Shown: piece by piece, positions 41,882 to 51,263 of the stretch
Numbering within the stretch: the first letter of the stretch is position 1
Layout of the letters: every line of letters begins with the position of its first letter
IMG/VR virus record: IMGVR_UViG_3300045988_146822
Coordinates: 1 to 51,263 of that record
Direction: 5' to 3' (one strand)
Source of the DNA: a virus
DNA: 51,263 nucleotides
Made by a program: the position numbers and the translations under genes
The notes under the pieces: generated by a model
The model's input: the letters and a program-made list of their open reading frames with translations, nothing else
Told to the model about the DNA's origin: nothing
Databases searched by the model: none

Positions 41882-42385
41882 TTAAACCGTTGCGGTAAAG
41901 GTCGGCACTTTCTTCTCAATTGTAGCCGTACCCTGCTGTCTGTCGCCGTTAAATGCGATGTTGAACGGAATGTTCACACCGCCCTGAGCACCGCCGTAGG
42001 ACTGTGGCTTTACGATACAGGTTTCAGTCCAAGCGTCATACGGACCTGTCTTTTTGTCTACTAAAACTTCAAGAATTGCAGTCTTGCAGTCATCACCTGT
42101 AAGGCGGTTCATTGCAATATCCTTAATCTTTTCATAGATTGCATCGCCTGTGTTTGCGTAATAAGTGTCTGCGTCAATTGACGGTTCATAGCCGTTATCG
42201 TTTACAACGGTTTCATCAAGAATGTTCTTGAGTGTTTCTGTGTCGGGGTTGAGTTCAACGGACATATCTTCAATATCTCTGCCAATCAAAAACCACTTAG
42301 GGGTTTCGCCTGTGCCGAACGAAGCGTCAATGTAGTGCATAAGATAACTTCTTTTGAGTTTACCGATATCGGGTGTTGTTGCCAT
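41882..42385 (-). CDS. Major tail protein
   Basis: 167 aa. Position between the head-tail joining genes and the chaperones. Confidence 0.65.
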   Translation of the reverse strand: MATTPDIGKLKRSYLMHYIDASFGTGETPKWFLIGRDIEDMSVELNPDTETLKNILDETVVNDNGYEPSIDADTYYANTGDAIYEKIKDIAMNRLTGDDCKTAILEVLVDKKTGPYDAWTETCIVKPQSYGGAQGGVNIPFNIAFNGDRQQGTATIEKKVPTFTATV

Positions 42386-42387
42386 AA

Positions 42388-42828
42388 TTAAAATTCCTCA
42401 CTTTCGATTTTGTAATCTGCGGTAATTTGTAACTGATGCATCACATTACCAATTAAATTGCTGTCGGGTATGTCATAAAGCATACCGTTTGAACAGGTTA
42501 TTTTTGTGAGCGTACCTGCAAGCTCATTGTTGCCAACCGTTACGGTCAGCGTTTGCCCCTTTGCCTGTTTTTCAAGCCACAGCTGTAACTCGTTAATAAG
42601 TCCGCTGTTGGCAAGGCGGTCATAGTCATTAACCGACTGATAAACAGCGTACAAGATGAATGTGTGCTGTCGCTCCTGATTGCCGAGAACATCGGATTTA
42701 ATCAGTGTGTCGCCTGTCGGAGATAAGCCGTAGCTGTCGGTGTCAGGGGTTGTGTAGTCAATGTGCAGGACATCGTTCAGCTTTGGAAAGCTCATCACAA
42801 TGCTCTGCATAAGTTCAATTATGTTCAT
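42388..42828 (-). CDS. Head-tail joining / tail terminator-like protein (Minor_capsid_3-like by position)
   Basis: 146-aa ORF in the connector block. Confidence 0.45.
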   Translation of the reverse strand: MNIIELMQSIVMSFPKLNDVLHIDYTTPDTDSYGLSPTGDTLIKSDVLGNQERQHTFILYAVYQSVNDYDRLANSGLINELQLWLEKQAKGQTLTVTVGNNELAGTLTKITCSNGMLYDIPDSNLIGNVMHQLQITADYKIESEEF

Positions 42829-43307
42829 TCTGCCGTACCTCCTGCCACTTTAGCAGCACCCTGTAAAATCTCTTTTTTACGGTCAGCTTTCATTCGTTCA
42901 AACCACATCTTGCCGGCAAGAGGGTGCTTTGCCCGAGAATAAACAAGCATTTTACCTGTGGGGTGTTTCTTCTGTCCTTTAGGGCTGAAATAGCCCACAA
43001 TAACACCGTTTTCCTTAATCGGGATATTAGGACCGTAAACCTTGCCGTAGTAGAGATACCTCGCATACGGTGTGTTCTGATGAATTTCACCCGAGCCTAT
43101 AACCGTTGAGAGGGTTGCCGACTTTTCAAGCACACCGTTTCTGAACGGTGTATAGGGTTTCATCAATCGTAAAACCGTGCTGTCAACATACTTTTGCACC
43201 TTTAACACATCGGCATTTTTGCGGACTGCAAACTTTTTATCCCAGAGGAAACCTGCCGTACCGTTTTTCGATTTGATGACAAAATCGGGCGGTTGAACAA
43301 TCTTCAT
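42825..43307 (-). CDS. Head-tail joining protein (Minor_capsid_2-like)
   Basis: 160 aa. NTPYARYLYYG block. Sits in the connector block. Confidence 0.5.
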   Translation of the reverse strand: MKIVQPPDFVIKSKNGTAGFLWDKKFAVRKNADVLKVQKYVDSTVLRLMKPYTPFRNGVLEKSATLSTVIGSGEIHQNTPYARYLYYGKVYGPNIPIKENGVIVGYFSPKGQKKHPTGKMLVYSRAKHPLAGKMWFERMKADRKKEILQGAAKVAGGTAE

Positions 43308-43311
43308 GCAA

Positions 43312-43734
43312 TCACCTCGCCGAAATTTTGATGTGCTGTAAATCGGTTACGCCGTAGAGCTTTTCATCAATCGACATAACCGCATAGCACCTCTGTTTTT
43401 GCTTTAGCGTTTTAAGGCTCTGTGACACGCTCTGAGGGTTTGAATTATCAAAGGTAAAATTACTCTCGCCCTTAATAATAATGTCCTGTGTGCTGTTCTG
43501 AGGAGTGCATAGCTGACCTGCAAAAAGGTTTTCGCTCGGCTCTAAAAAGTCGGGCAAAAGCCCTGCGGATTCAATCGGAATATACACCGTCACGCTGTCA
43601 GCGTTCTGCATTCCGCTTTTAAGCACATTGCGAGCCTTATTCTCCTGCCAATGACATTCGGGAATGAAATATCGGTCATAGCCTGAGCCGTTGAATCTGT
43701 AGATTGTGCAGGAGCTTTCAGGGGTAATAATCAT
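43312..43734 (-). CDS. Head closure / head-tail adaptor protein
   Basis: 140 aa. Sits in the connector block. Confidence 0.45.
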   Translation of the reverse strand: MIITPESSCTIYRFNGSGYDRYFIPECHWQENKARNVLKSGMQNADSVTVYIPIESAGLLPDFLEPSENLFAGQLCTPQNSTQDIIIKGESNFTFDNSNPQSVSQSLKTLKQKQRCYAVMSIDEKLYGVTDLQHIKISAR

Positions 43735-44102
43735 CTGCGACCACCTCTGTACAGCAAATCGGTGTCGGCAAGATACTTGTAAATTGTGTGTCTGACAGCC
43801 TTTTTATGGGCGGTTTTACGCTCTTCTTCGGACACATAGCTTACGGATTCATCACCGACGCTTGCAGATGAAATTCCTGAATTTGCGGACTGTTTTTCAT
43901 CGTTATATACAAGCTCTGCAAGCTCACAACAGCAGAGTTTTACGCTTTCGGGAATATTGTTCCCGTCAACATTTTCGCCTGTGTATGCCTTAATGAGCAG
44001 GGTCGCAGAGCGCGCATAATAATCAAAGGCGGAGACAATGACCGCCTTTCTGCCACAGAGATATTCAGAGATGTAATAGCCTTCATCGGCATAAGCGGTC
44101 AT
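43731..44102 (-). CDS. gp6-like head-tail connector protein
   Basis: 123 aa. First gene after the major capsid gene. Confidence 0.5.
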   Translation of the reverse strand: MTAYADEGYYISEYLCGRKAVIVSAFDYYARSATLLIKAYTGENVDGNNIPESVKLCCCELAELVYNDEKQSANSGISSASVGDESVSYVSEEERKTAHKKAVRHTIYKYLADTDLLYRGGRR

Positions 44103-44114
44103 AGTAACACTCCT

Positions 44115-44990
44115 TTAAGCCTCTACGGCTGAATGGCAGTAGATACCTGCCTTTTTATTCTCGTAAACATCGGCAATACCGACCATACGATAACCAAACT
44201 TCCAACCGTCAGAACTCTGATTAACTGACGGCTCAATAACCTTTGTGTCAAGGTGCTTTGTGAACTGAATCGGAGCAGAGCCGTGAATAATCATAAAGTT
44301 GATATTCTTGCCCGAAGTCGCCTTTTTGTAACCGCCCTTTTCCTTGCTTGAGGATGTGCCGTCAAGCTGTTCAATTGCTGTATAGAATCTTGACTGCGGC
44401 ACAAGTGTGGTATCTGCAAAACGGCTGAGAACCTCCCTTGACTTTGTTGTGTCAAGGTCCTGCACAAGACCGTAAAGCGGTGATGTGATGAAAAGGTGTC
44501 TGTTCTCGAAAGGAACTTCGTCCTCGTCCATTTTTGTTGAGGCTGTGCGGAGAGCCCTTACAACCTCTTCGCCTGTTGTGAGAGTTGCACTCACGGAAGA
44601 AATACCGCTTGTACCGGCATACTTTGCAAAGCGGAAAGCGTCAAGCTCGGGAACAACCTTTGTGCGGATAAACTCGCCCGAAAGTCTGCCGAATGCAATG
44701 CCTGCCGTTTCTGCGTTGTCCATTGTGTCAACCGTGAACATTCTGCCACGGTCAAAGTTACATTTCACGGTTTCGTTTGTAAGCTCAACATCGCCGTCAA
44801 CATAACCGCTGTTGCGTGAGTAGTCTGCAAGACCGTCCATTGTGAGCATCGGAATGATAAGCTCGTTTGCGTTAGCGCCCTGTGTTGCAAGGTCTGACGC
44901 ACCGTCAATTTTGCTTGTGAGTGCAGACTGCTTATAGACCTCATCAAGCAACGCTGTGTACTGTTTAAAAAGTGCAATTGTGTTTGCCAT
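44115..44990 (-). CDS. Major capsid protein
   Basis: 291 aa. Follows the scaffolding gene. Confidence 0.7.
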   Translation of the reverse strand: MANTIALFKQYTALLDEVYKQSALTSKIDGASDLATQGANANELIIPMLTMDGLADYSRNSGYVDGDVELTNETVKCNFDRGRMFTVDTMDNAETAGIAFGRLSGEFIRTKVVPELDAFRFAKYAGTSGISSVSATLTTGEEVVRALRTASTKMDEDEVPFENRHLFITSPLYGLVQDLDTTKSREVLSRFADTTLVPQSRFYTAIEQLDGTSSSKEKGGYKKATSGKNINFMIIHGSAPIQFTKHLDTKVIEPSVNQSSDGWKFGYRMVGIADVYENKKAGIYCHSAVEA

Positions 44991-45019
44991 AATAAAATCA
45001 CCTCATAGATTTAATAAAA

Positions 45020-45586
45020 TTATTTCTTTTCGGCAGAAAGTCCCATAGCCGCACGCATTGACGCAAGCGGATTTGAGCCTGTACCGCCGTTACCTGTATC
45101 GGTTGCACCGACAGGATTCTGAAAAGGCTCATCAGAACCGAACATATAGCCGTTTTCGGACTTAACCTGTTCGAGAGCCTTTTTGATGTCATCTGCCTGA
45201 TTTTTAGATGTTTTCAGGTTTTCAAGGTCAAGCAGAGCCTTGACAGCCTTTGAGTTTCTTGCACCGCTTTCCGAAATTGCACCGTCAAGCACTGAGTTAA
45301 ATTCCATATCCGCAATCCTTGTCTGATACTCATTTTCCTTTGTTTCAAGTTCGCCGTTGAGCTTTTTGATTTCGCCCTTGAGCTCGTCCACATTGACACC
45401 CTCAAACTTTTTGAGTGCAGTCTGTGCAGTTTCAAGCTGTGACTTGTAGTTGTCCCTTGAGGTGCGGAGCTTTTCAACCTCCGACACGGTTTTGTAATTA
45501 TCCGCAAAGGCTTTTTCAAAGTCTACCTTTTTATCTTCGGGAACTGTAAAGCCGATTTCGGAGAGAAGTGTGTGTATATTCTTCAT
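45020..45586 (-). CDS. Capsid scaffolding protein (DUF4355-like)
   Basis: Coiled-coil, acidic/K-rich. Start at MKNIHTLL (45586) with AAAGGA upstream. Confidence 0.65.
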   Translation of the reverse strand: MKNIHTLLSEIGFTVPEDKKVDFEKAFADNYKTVSEVEKLRTSRDNYKSQLETAQTALKKFEGVNVDELKGEIKKLNGELETKENEYQTRIADMEFNSVLDGAISESGARNSKAVKALLDLENLKTSKNQADDIKKALEQVKSENGYMFGSDEPFQNPVGATDTGNGGTGSNPLASMRAAMGLSAEKK

Positions 45587-45699
45587 AGTAAATCCTTTCT
45601 GCATAGCTTGTATTCCGCTTTGCCTGCGGTAGAAATTCAGCCGTTATAACCTACGACAGGGTAAAATAAAAGCACCTATGCAATCAAATGCAAGGGCGC

Positions 45700-45891
45700 T
45701 TAATCTGCTTTTTCTGTTTTAACTGCTTTGGTTCTCGGCTTTTTGGGAGCGTCAGACTTGACCTCTTCTGCAAAACCGCCGTCAATGAGTTCCTTTGCTC
45801 TCTGCTCGGAGCATTCAAAAACTTCATTCACAGGTCGGGTTACATAGCCGTTCTGCCTGTCGTTAAATGCTGTTGTTACTCTGATTTTCAT
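45700..45891 (-). CDS. Hypothetical 63-aa protein
   Basis: ORF with a basic C-terminal tail. Confidence 0.4.
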   Translation of the reverse strand: MKIRVTTAFNDRQNGYVTRPVNEVFECSEQRAKELIDGGFAEEVKSDAPKKPRTKAVKTEKAD

Positions 45892-46020
45892 TCTGTCACC
45901 ACCTTTCTAAACCGGTCGAAATCGACGGGTTTAAATGCAAAAAGCACCCTATAATCAACATTGCTGTCGATTATAAAATGCTCAATTCGTAATTTTATGC
46001 TGTTTTTGTGAATTGCATAT

Positions 46021-46050
46021 AACAAAACCGCCCTTTTTACGGAGCGGTTA
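46021..46050 (-). terminator. Intrinsic terminator overlapping the stop codon of the 62-aa ORF
   Basis: On the minus strand AACCGCTC-cgtaaaaa-GGGCGGTT followed by TTG. Same ACCGCCCT...GAGCGGT family as 1..22 and 15381..15414. Confidence 0.55.
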
Positions 46051-46236
46051 GATTATGCCACTATCTTTTAGATATTGCATTTTTTGTTTCTCTCTAAGCT
46101 TACTGTAAAGTGCTTCAGCATCTTTAGCTTCTTGTGGAGCATCTTCACGCAAAGTGACATTTAAACCATTTGTTACAAGGTACGGCTTAAACGCATTCCA
46201 TAGAGATTTTTGTTCTTCAGTTTGTATCAATCTCAT
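46048..46236 (-). CDS. 62-aa protein, candidate immunity/partner of the MuF C-terminal domain
   Basis: Begins 8 nt after the MuF-fusion stop and is followed by a terminator. Confidence 0.4.
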   Translation of the reverse strand: MRLIQTEEQKSLWNAFKPYLVTNGLNVTLREDAPQEAKDAEALYSKLREKQKMQYLKDSGII

Positions 46237-46243
46237 ACTATCA

Positions 46244-48190
46244 TCACCCTAAAAGTTTGCTGACTCTGTACTCATTATACACTTCATCCATAGCTTTATC
46301 TTTTAAGCATTCAAAAGCATACTCACTTATATCCTCTATATTATAACCGTTATTTATCAATTTTTCAACCTTTGGAGCATAAATTTTATTAAGGTAATCG
46401 CAATATTCAAAATAATCGTTAATACCTCCGAATTTTGCTCTGTAATTTTTAGCGTCTTGCCAATGAATCAGTTCGTGAAGAATTGTACTCAATCTGTCTT
46501 GCGGACAAGCCAAGTTTTCTTGTAAGCCTGACAAATCACTTGTTGAAAAGTATGCTGAATTGACATTTAGAACATTTTGCATTGGCATATATGAAGCAAT
46601 AGCATTTACTCGCATTTCTTCGGGAGTGACAATACAAATTTCAGGCTTTCCGCTTGTTTCAACCTCTCCGAGCATATCAAACGCTTTTCTCACTTGCATA
46701 TCAAAATTATGAAGTTCTTTTCGTTTTAGCTTTACCTTATCTGAAATATAAACATTATCACACAATGTATTTGCCTTGTGGGTATCAATTGTAATTGTTT
46801 CGCCCTCAATTTTGCGTTCAAAAGTTTTTGATATATCTTCTTCAAAAACAGGTCTGTAATATTTTTGTTCATCAGTCTTCAAAGAAAATTGTTTTGCCTT
46901 TTCTTCAAGCGTATTCGCCCTATCGTGCCACTCATCGGCTCGGGTTTGGGCAATGCGTTTATTGTCCTCGTCAAGACTGTATTCGGCACGGCGGTCAAAG
47001 CGTTCTGCCTTTTTCGGGAGTTTTGAGCCTAAAGCATTTTTGCCGTCAACGGTTATTCTTTCCCATTGCTGAGGGAGGTTCATTGCTTTGGAAAACTTTA
47101 CATATTCGTCCTGCCTTTGAAAATATCTGACCTTTGCGCCTGTGATTGTATCGTCATCTGCACCGCCCTGTGTGAGCAGTTCAATCTTCTGTCGGTCGGC
47201 ACGCATTGCGGTTTCAAGCTGTCTTTGCCTTTGCCGTGCTTCATATGCCGTGTACTCTTTGCCGTTATACTCTTTCGGCGTGTTCTCTTCCTCGTTCATA
47301 CGGTCAAGTTCTTCATCACTGTATGTCGGCTTGTCAACACCCTTGATAAACGGCGAATAGCTGTGATAGCAATTCGCACCGCAAAGTCCTGTGACCGTAC
47401 CCAATCCGCAGACGGTTTCAAGCTCCTTTTTGCTGTACACTCTGCCCTGCCACACCTGATGTGTCGGTCTTGCACCACGGTGATAGCTGACCTCGAAATA
47501 TTCCGTGCCGAGCTGTTCGGCGTTGTCCTCGTTGACCTTTGCGACAACCTGATTAAAGCCTGTCATCAACGCCCTGCGAACCGCCACATCAACACGATTG
47601 CTCCAACCGCTTGCATAATCAACGGTACGCAATCCGCTGTCGGTCATAGCTTTAACCGCTTTTTTAAGGACTGTGTTATAATCAACCGCACCGCTTGCAA
47701 TCTGCATAAGTCCGTTGTCAAGAGAGCGTTGGTAAAAGTCCGCAAGCGGAGTAAATGACAGCGTATTGTCGGCATTTCTCATGGCGAATCCGAGTGAACC
47801 TGTAATGTTCCTGTACTCCGATTTTGTCTGATTTTTAACCGCCTTTACAAGTTGTTGCAACTGTTTATTTTCTGCATAAGGAATATACTCTTTGCCCTTG
47901 CCTGTATAAAGCTCCTCATTTCTTGCATATCCAGATTTCACGACTTCGTCATAGATTCTGTCGATTTCATCGTCAGACACATCGAGCGTGCTTTGAATAA
48001 GGCTGTCTATTTCATCCTTACTCACGCCCAATTCATACAAGCGGTTTATCTGCCAATCGGCAGCAGAGGTTATCTCCTCACCGTTAGCTTTCAAACGCTC
48101 CGTAAGGTCGGACATAATATTTAACTGTAAACTGCGGTACAACTGTTCCATAGCCGAGGGCAAAGCCTCAATTTCAGTCGGAGTGAACAT
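46244..48190 (-). CDS. Minor head protein (SPP1 gp7 / Mu F-like) fused to a C-terminal HExxH metallopeptidase-like domain
   Basis: The MuF-like core reads YHRGARPTHQVWQGRVYS...GANCYHSYSPF. A charged linker follows. The C-terminal domain has ILHELIHW. 648 aa. Directly downstream of the portal gene. Confidence 0.7.
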   Translation of the reverse strand: MFTPTEIEALPSAMEQLYRSLQLNIMSDLTERLKANGEEITSAADWQINRLYELGVSKDEIDSLIQSTLDVSDDEIDRIYDEVVKSGYARNEELYTGKGKEYIPYAENKQLQQLVKAVKNQTKSEYRNITGSLGFAMRNADNTLSFTPLADFYQRSLDNGLMQIASGAVDYNTVLKKAVKAMTDSGLRTVDYASGWSNRVDVAVRRALMTGFNQVVAKVNEDNAEQLGTEYFEVSYHRGARPTHQVWQGRVYSKKELETVCGLGTVTGLCGANCYHSYSPFIKGVDKPTYSDEELDRMNEEENTPKEYNGKEYTAYEARQRQRQLETAMRADRQKIELLTQGGADDDTITGAKVRYFQRQDEYVKFSKAMNLPQQWERITVDGKNALGSKLPKKAERFDRRAEYSLDEDNKRIAQTRADEWHDRANTLEEKAKQFSLKTDEQKYYRPVFEEDISKTFERKIEGETITIDTHKANTLCDNVYISDKVKLKRKELHNFDMQVRKAFDMLGEVETSGKPEICIVTPEEMRVNAIASYMPMQNVLNVNSAYFSTSDLSGLQENLACPQDRLSTILHELIHWQDAKNYRAKFGGINDYFEYCDYLNKIYAPKVEKLINNGYNIEDISEYAFECLKDKAMDEVYNEYRVSKLLG

Positions 48191-49515
48191 TATTCGATAA
48201 CCTCAGAGGACTGCGGAAGATTCTTTTTTGCTGTCTTTTCGTCCTCTCCATACCATTTCATTCTGTATTCCCACGCTTGAAGGATGCCGAGGTTTAAGTC
48301 CTGAATATCCTGCTTGCGTTCGGTTTCTTCATCGGTCAGAATACTGTCCTTGAAATCGCATACAAACGAATAACCGCTTGTTGTCAGCGAATTGTAAAAG
48401 GCAAGAGCATACACCAAGTCATCAAGGCAATAGCGAAGCTGTTTCTGAATTGCGGACACTGTGTTATATTTTCGGATTTTGGCTGACAAAACTTCCGTGG
48501 CAGTCTTTGCGACTGTTTCAGGGTTTGAAAGGTCACCGTATGCAAGACCGACCGCAAATTCAATCATACGCAAATATGTATTCAAGCCGTCCGTAATGTC
48601 GGACTGTCTGAATGCAGGCGAAAAGTCCTTGAACAGTTCTTCGTCACCCAAATCCACATCAACGGCACGGTACAAACGCCTGTTAAGTCTGTCGGCTTTG
48701 CCGTCCTTTAATGCGGCAGAATCAACATGAATCGCACGCTCTCCGCTTTCAAATTCCCAGTCAAGCCGTCCGAACTGCATGTCGGCTTTCTGAATGATTT
48801 CAAGTCCGCTGTCAAAAATCGACATACCGCATGATGAGCCGTCAACCGTGTTTTTAATCGGCACTCTGAAATAACCGAACGCAGGTCTTTTCATATCGGG
48901 GTATGTGACCGCAGGCGGTAAGTCTGCCCACTCGTCAATGACAGCGAGAGGAATTTCAGTACCGAGAACCTCGGATGATGACGAACGGTAAGCCGTGTTA
49001 GTAACAGTCAAGCCCTTGTCCTTATCAAGGCTGTGATATTCAAGCCTTGTGTAGTAGTTGTCACCGATTTTCTTGAATTCGGGGAAGATGACCTTTACAA
49101 GCCTGTGCTTTGTGTCAAACTCAATCGGCACAAAAGCATTTGCCGAGATATATTGCACCCTGTCACCGCCCAAAGGCTTGATGACCATTGCGCCTGTTGC
49201 AAGACCTGACTGTAACTCCGAATTAAGCTCCTCGGTTGCCGTTTCAAACAATTTTGACAGCGTTTCATTTGAGATGTTCACCGTCATTTCGTTAAGCGTA
49301 ATGTTAGCAAACTCCCTTGTGATTGACTGCTCAAGCCTCAAACTGATGACATTTTCATCAAGCCACGGAGCTTTGCCGACATAGCAGTTTTGCCATATGC
49401 CGATAGCCTTTTGCATTTCTGCTGTAATCGCAAGCCGTAAATTAAGCGCCTGCCGAATATTTTCAAGCGGAAACATTCGCCTCCACACTCCTTTTAAAAA
49501 ATCTATAAGTCCCAT
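48190..49515 (-). CDS. Portal protein (SPP1 gp6-like)
   Basis: 441 aa, between the terminase and the MuF-like gene. Confidence 0.8.
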   Translation of the reverse strand: MGLIDFLKGVWRRMFPLENIRQALNLRLAITAEMQKAIGIWQNCYVGKAPWLDENVISLRLEQSITREFANITLNEMTVNISNETLSKLFETATEELNSELQSGLATGAMVIKPLGGDRVQYISANAFVPIEFDTKHRLVKVIFPEFKKIGDNYYTRLEYHSLDKDKGLTVTNTAYRSSSSEVLGTEIPLAVIDEWADLPPAVTYPDMKRPAFGYFRVPIKNTVDGSSCGMSIFDSGLEIIQKADMQFGRLDWEFESGERAIHVDSAALKDGKADRLNRRLYRAVDVDLGDEELFKDFSPAFRQSDITDGLNTYLRMIEFAVGLAYGDLSNPETVAKTATEVLSAKIRKYNTVSAIQKQLRYCLDDLVYALAFYNSLTTSGYSFVCDFKDSILTDEETERKQDIQDLNLGILQAWEYRMKWYGEDEKTAKKNLPQSSEVIE

Positions 49516-51167
49516 TATTCACCTCTGCGTTTCCATACTCTGTTCATTGCATATCTGACAGCGTCAATATGGTGGTTGTCCTTATCGGGATAACCGCTGA
49601 TAACATTGCCGTCCTTATCACGCTCGTATTCATAGTCGAGAAACTCCTGTGCAGTATGCGGACAGCGTGTGTTATCAATCACAATCTCCCGTAAAGACTG
49701 CAACCACTTCATCGAGTAAACAACCGAACCCGGTCCTTTTTCTGCCGAACGAGCCATTAAACCGTCAGCCCTGTAATCGCCGACTGACTTCTGTTCTGCA
49801 CTGTCGCAGGTAATCAAATCATTACTTGTAACTCCGTGCTTAGTTCTGAGCAATTCGGCTGTTTTTTTGTTGCTTGTCTTGTTGCAATGTTCCTCGTCAA
49901 AAATAATGAGCTTGTGTTGACTTGGAATATAAGTCATACAATCATAGGCAAACGGATCAGGATACCAGCCCCAGTCAACTCCTCTGTAAAATCTGTCAAA
50001 GGTTTGAATTTCGTCATCTGTAACCTCACGAATAACAACATTATCAAATACATTGCCGCCTGTGCCGTTAGCAATGCCCATATACTCGTTTTCATAGGCG
50101 GTAGGGTTTGTTTCTTTCAGGAACTCTGCGTCATCTATAAACGGCTTTCCGAGCCATTTTGACGGTACTGTAAGGTATGTACTCTCAATAACGAGCCTGT
50201 CTTGACGGGGAATTTTAATATACTTGTTCGCCCAGTTCTGTGCAGATTTCGGAGGGTTGAACGATTTAAATTTAAAAGCCGTGTCACCGCCGCGAATCAC
50301 CGACTGTTCAATCTTTCTGACAGCTTCCTCGCCCGTGAACTGGTCAAGTTCTTCAAACCACACAACGCCGATATAGCCGAACGGTACTTTGATTGATTTA
50401 ATCTTGCCCGGATCATCTGCTCCACGGAAGTATATTTTCTGCCCTGTGCTTACCCTCGTGATTTCGAGAGGTGACACGGTGCAGTTAAACTCGCTTTCAA
50501 GACCGAGAGCAGAGATTGACCACAAAATCTGCTGATACACCGAACTGCGCAGAGTGTCGGCTACCTGACGAAAAATACAGGCGTGCATATCCTCGTTCTT
50601 CATAAGCAAATCAATAACATTCAGACTGACGAAAGACGATTTTGTTGAACCTCTTCCGCCGGGGAAAACATATTCCGAATGTTCTTTACCCTCAATGTCA
50701 AAAAGCACCGACGAAAACGACGGTGCAACCATATTAGCCGGTATTCCTTTGTACTCTGAACCGTCACTTTTTGGCGGTTCAGCCTTTTTGCGTTCAATGT
50801 CGAGATAGGCATTGTCGAGCTTGATTTTATGATTTTCAAAAACATTGTCACGGATAATATTTCTTAATTCCTTAATAGACTTAACATCACCTGTTTTAGC
50901 CTTTTTGAGAAGTGCCGCATTTACAACGAGCAAATTATTGACCAAATCTTCGCCAATCTCATCAACATTAATTCCCATATCAATAAGCATTTCCCAGTCG
51001 GCAGGAGTGTTGGCAGGCAAGGAAAGTAACATATCCATAACCTGTTTCATACTCTTTTTACGGCGGCGTGACTTGCCCGAAGCCTTACCGCCCTTTGCTC
51101 CGTTTTTCACGGCTTCATCACGGCTTTGGTCAGATGTAAACGGTATTAAATTTTTCTCATTGGGCAA
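49515..51167 (-). CDS. terL: Terminase large subunit (PBSX/XtmB-type) with a TerS-like N-terminal extension
   Basis: Walker A is FPGGRGSTKSS, followed by C-terminal nuclease-type acidic blocks. The first roughly 120 aa (NLIPFTSDQSRDEAVKNGAKGGKASGKSRRRKKS) resemble small-terminase N-termini. 550 aa. Confidence 0.85.
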   Translation of the reverse strand: MPNEKNLIPFTSDQSRDEAVKNGAKGGKASGKSRRRKKSMKQVMDMLLSLPANTPADWEMLIDMGINVDEIGEDLVNNLLVVNAALLKKAKTGDVKSIKELRNIIRDNVFENHKIKLDNAYLDIERKKAEPPKSDGSEYKGIPANMVAPSFSSVLFDIEGKEHSEYVFPGGRGSTKSSFVSLNVIDLLMKNEDMHACIFRQVADTLRSSVYQQILWSISALGLESEFNCTVSPLEITRVSTGQKIYFRGADDPGKIKSIKVPFGYIGVVWFEELDQFTGEEAVRKIEQSVIRGGDTAFKFKSFNPPKSAQNWANKYIKIPRQDRLVIESTYLTVPSKWLGKPFIDDAEFLKETNPTAYENEYMGIANGTGGNVFDNVVIREVTDDEIQTFDRFYRGVDWGWYPDPFAYDCMTYIPSQHKLIIFDEEHCNKTSNKKTAELLRTKHGVTSNDLITCDSAEQKSVGDYRADGLMARSAEKGPGSVVYSMKWLQSLREIVIDNTRCPHTAQEFLDYEYERDKDGNVISGYPDKDNHHIDAVRYAMNRVWKRRGE

Positions 51168-51208
51168 TCACCTCACCTCTTTTATCTGATTTTCCCCCAC
51201 AACACAAA

Positions 51209-51263
51209 ACCGCCCTCAAACGAGAGCGGTCTGTGCGATTTTTTTATCTTAGGAGTTCTATAT
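51209..51263. repeat. Second copy of the 55-bp terminal direct repeat
   Basis: Exact match to 1..55. Confidence 0.95.

Larger units (their letters stand above)
1..51263. mobile_element. Circular composite replicon: temperate siphovirus-like phage (about 37.7 kb) carrying a nested 13.55-kb integrative element
   Basis: Identical ends. Complete terminase-portal-capsid-tail-lysis set, lysogeny switch and integrase. The late regulator (133..543) becomes adjacent to the terminase (49515..51167) only after circular closure. Confidence 0.8.

Noticed and set aside
47066-47758. 230-aa plus-strand ORF inside the MuF gene. The same applies to 36712..39303 and the other plus-strand ORFs inside the tape measure, portal and terminase genes.
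   Set aside because: All are antisense shadows of long, motif-supported minus-strand genes, and their translations are Cys/Ser/Leu-rich nonsense.

Overview
The first 55 nt are identical to the last 55 nt, so the window reads as a closed circle of 51,208 unique bp. It is a composite of two mobile elements. All family names below come from motifs I read in the translations; no database search was run.

(A) A temperate siphovirus-like phage of a low-GC Firmicute, about 37.7 kb, with genes almost all on the minus strand:
- A late-regulator gene next to the terminase gene across the circular junction.
- A replication/recombination module at 551..13173: DUF3560-like protein, PAPS-reductase-like protein, RusA, primase-helicase, DEAD helicase, DUF669, AAA_24/Sak4-like ATPase, SMC-like ATPase.
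- A cro/CI-type switch with ImmA-like protease and tyrosine integrase at 13613..16713.
- A lysis and SPP1/A118-like morphogenesis module at 32548..51167.

(B) A 13.55-kb integrative-mobilizable-type element at 16793..30392, sitting exactly in the phage attP.
- It is bounded by a 48-bp direct repeat equal to the 3' part of a complete, promoter-equipped tRNA-Pro(UGG) gene.
- It carries its own integrase, excisionase, Rep_trans-type relaxase/initiator and FtsK-like ATPase.
- Its cargo is a KAP-type P-loop NTPase, a membrane-tethered ECF sigma factor and a J-domain protein.
- Two different sets of arm-type repeats partition onto the two predicted excision circles, which supports a site-specific cointegrate.

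Other notable items:
- An AT-rich P-loop NTPase cassette between attP and the lysis genes, bracketed by look-alike hairpins and faced by a possible convergent small RNA.
- A MuF-metalloprotease polyvalent head protein with a candidate immunity gene.
- A promoter-plus-terminator lipoprotein moron inside the tail module.
- A candidate -1 frameshift site joining the two tail chaperone ORFs.
- A TerS-like N-terminus fused to TerL.
- An iteron/palindrome origin candidate.
- A frameshifted XRE gene.
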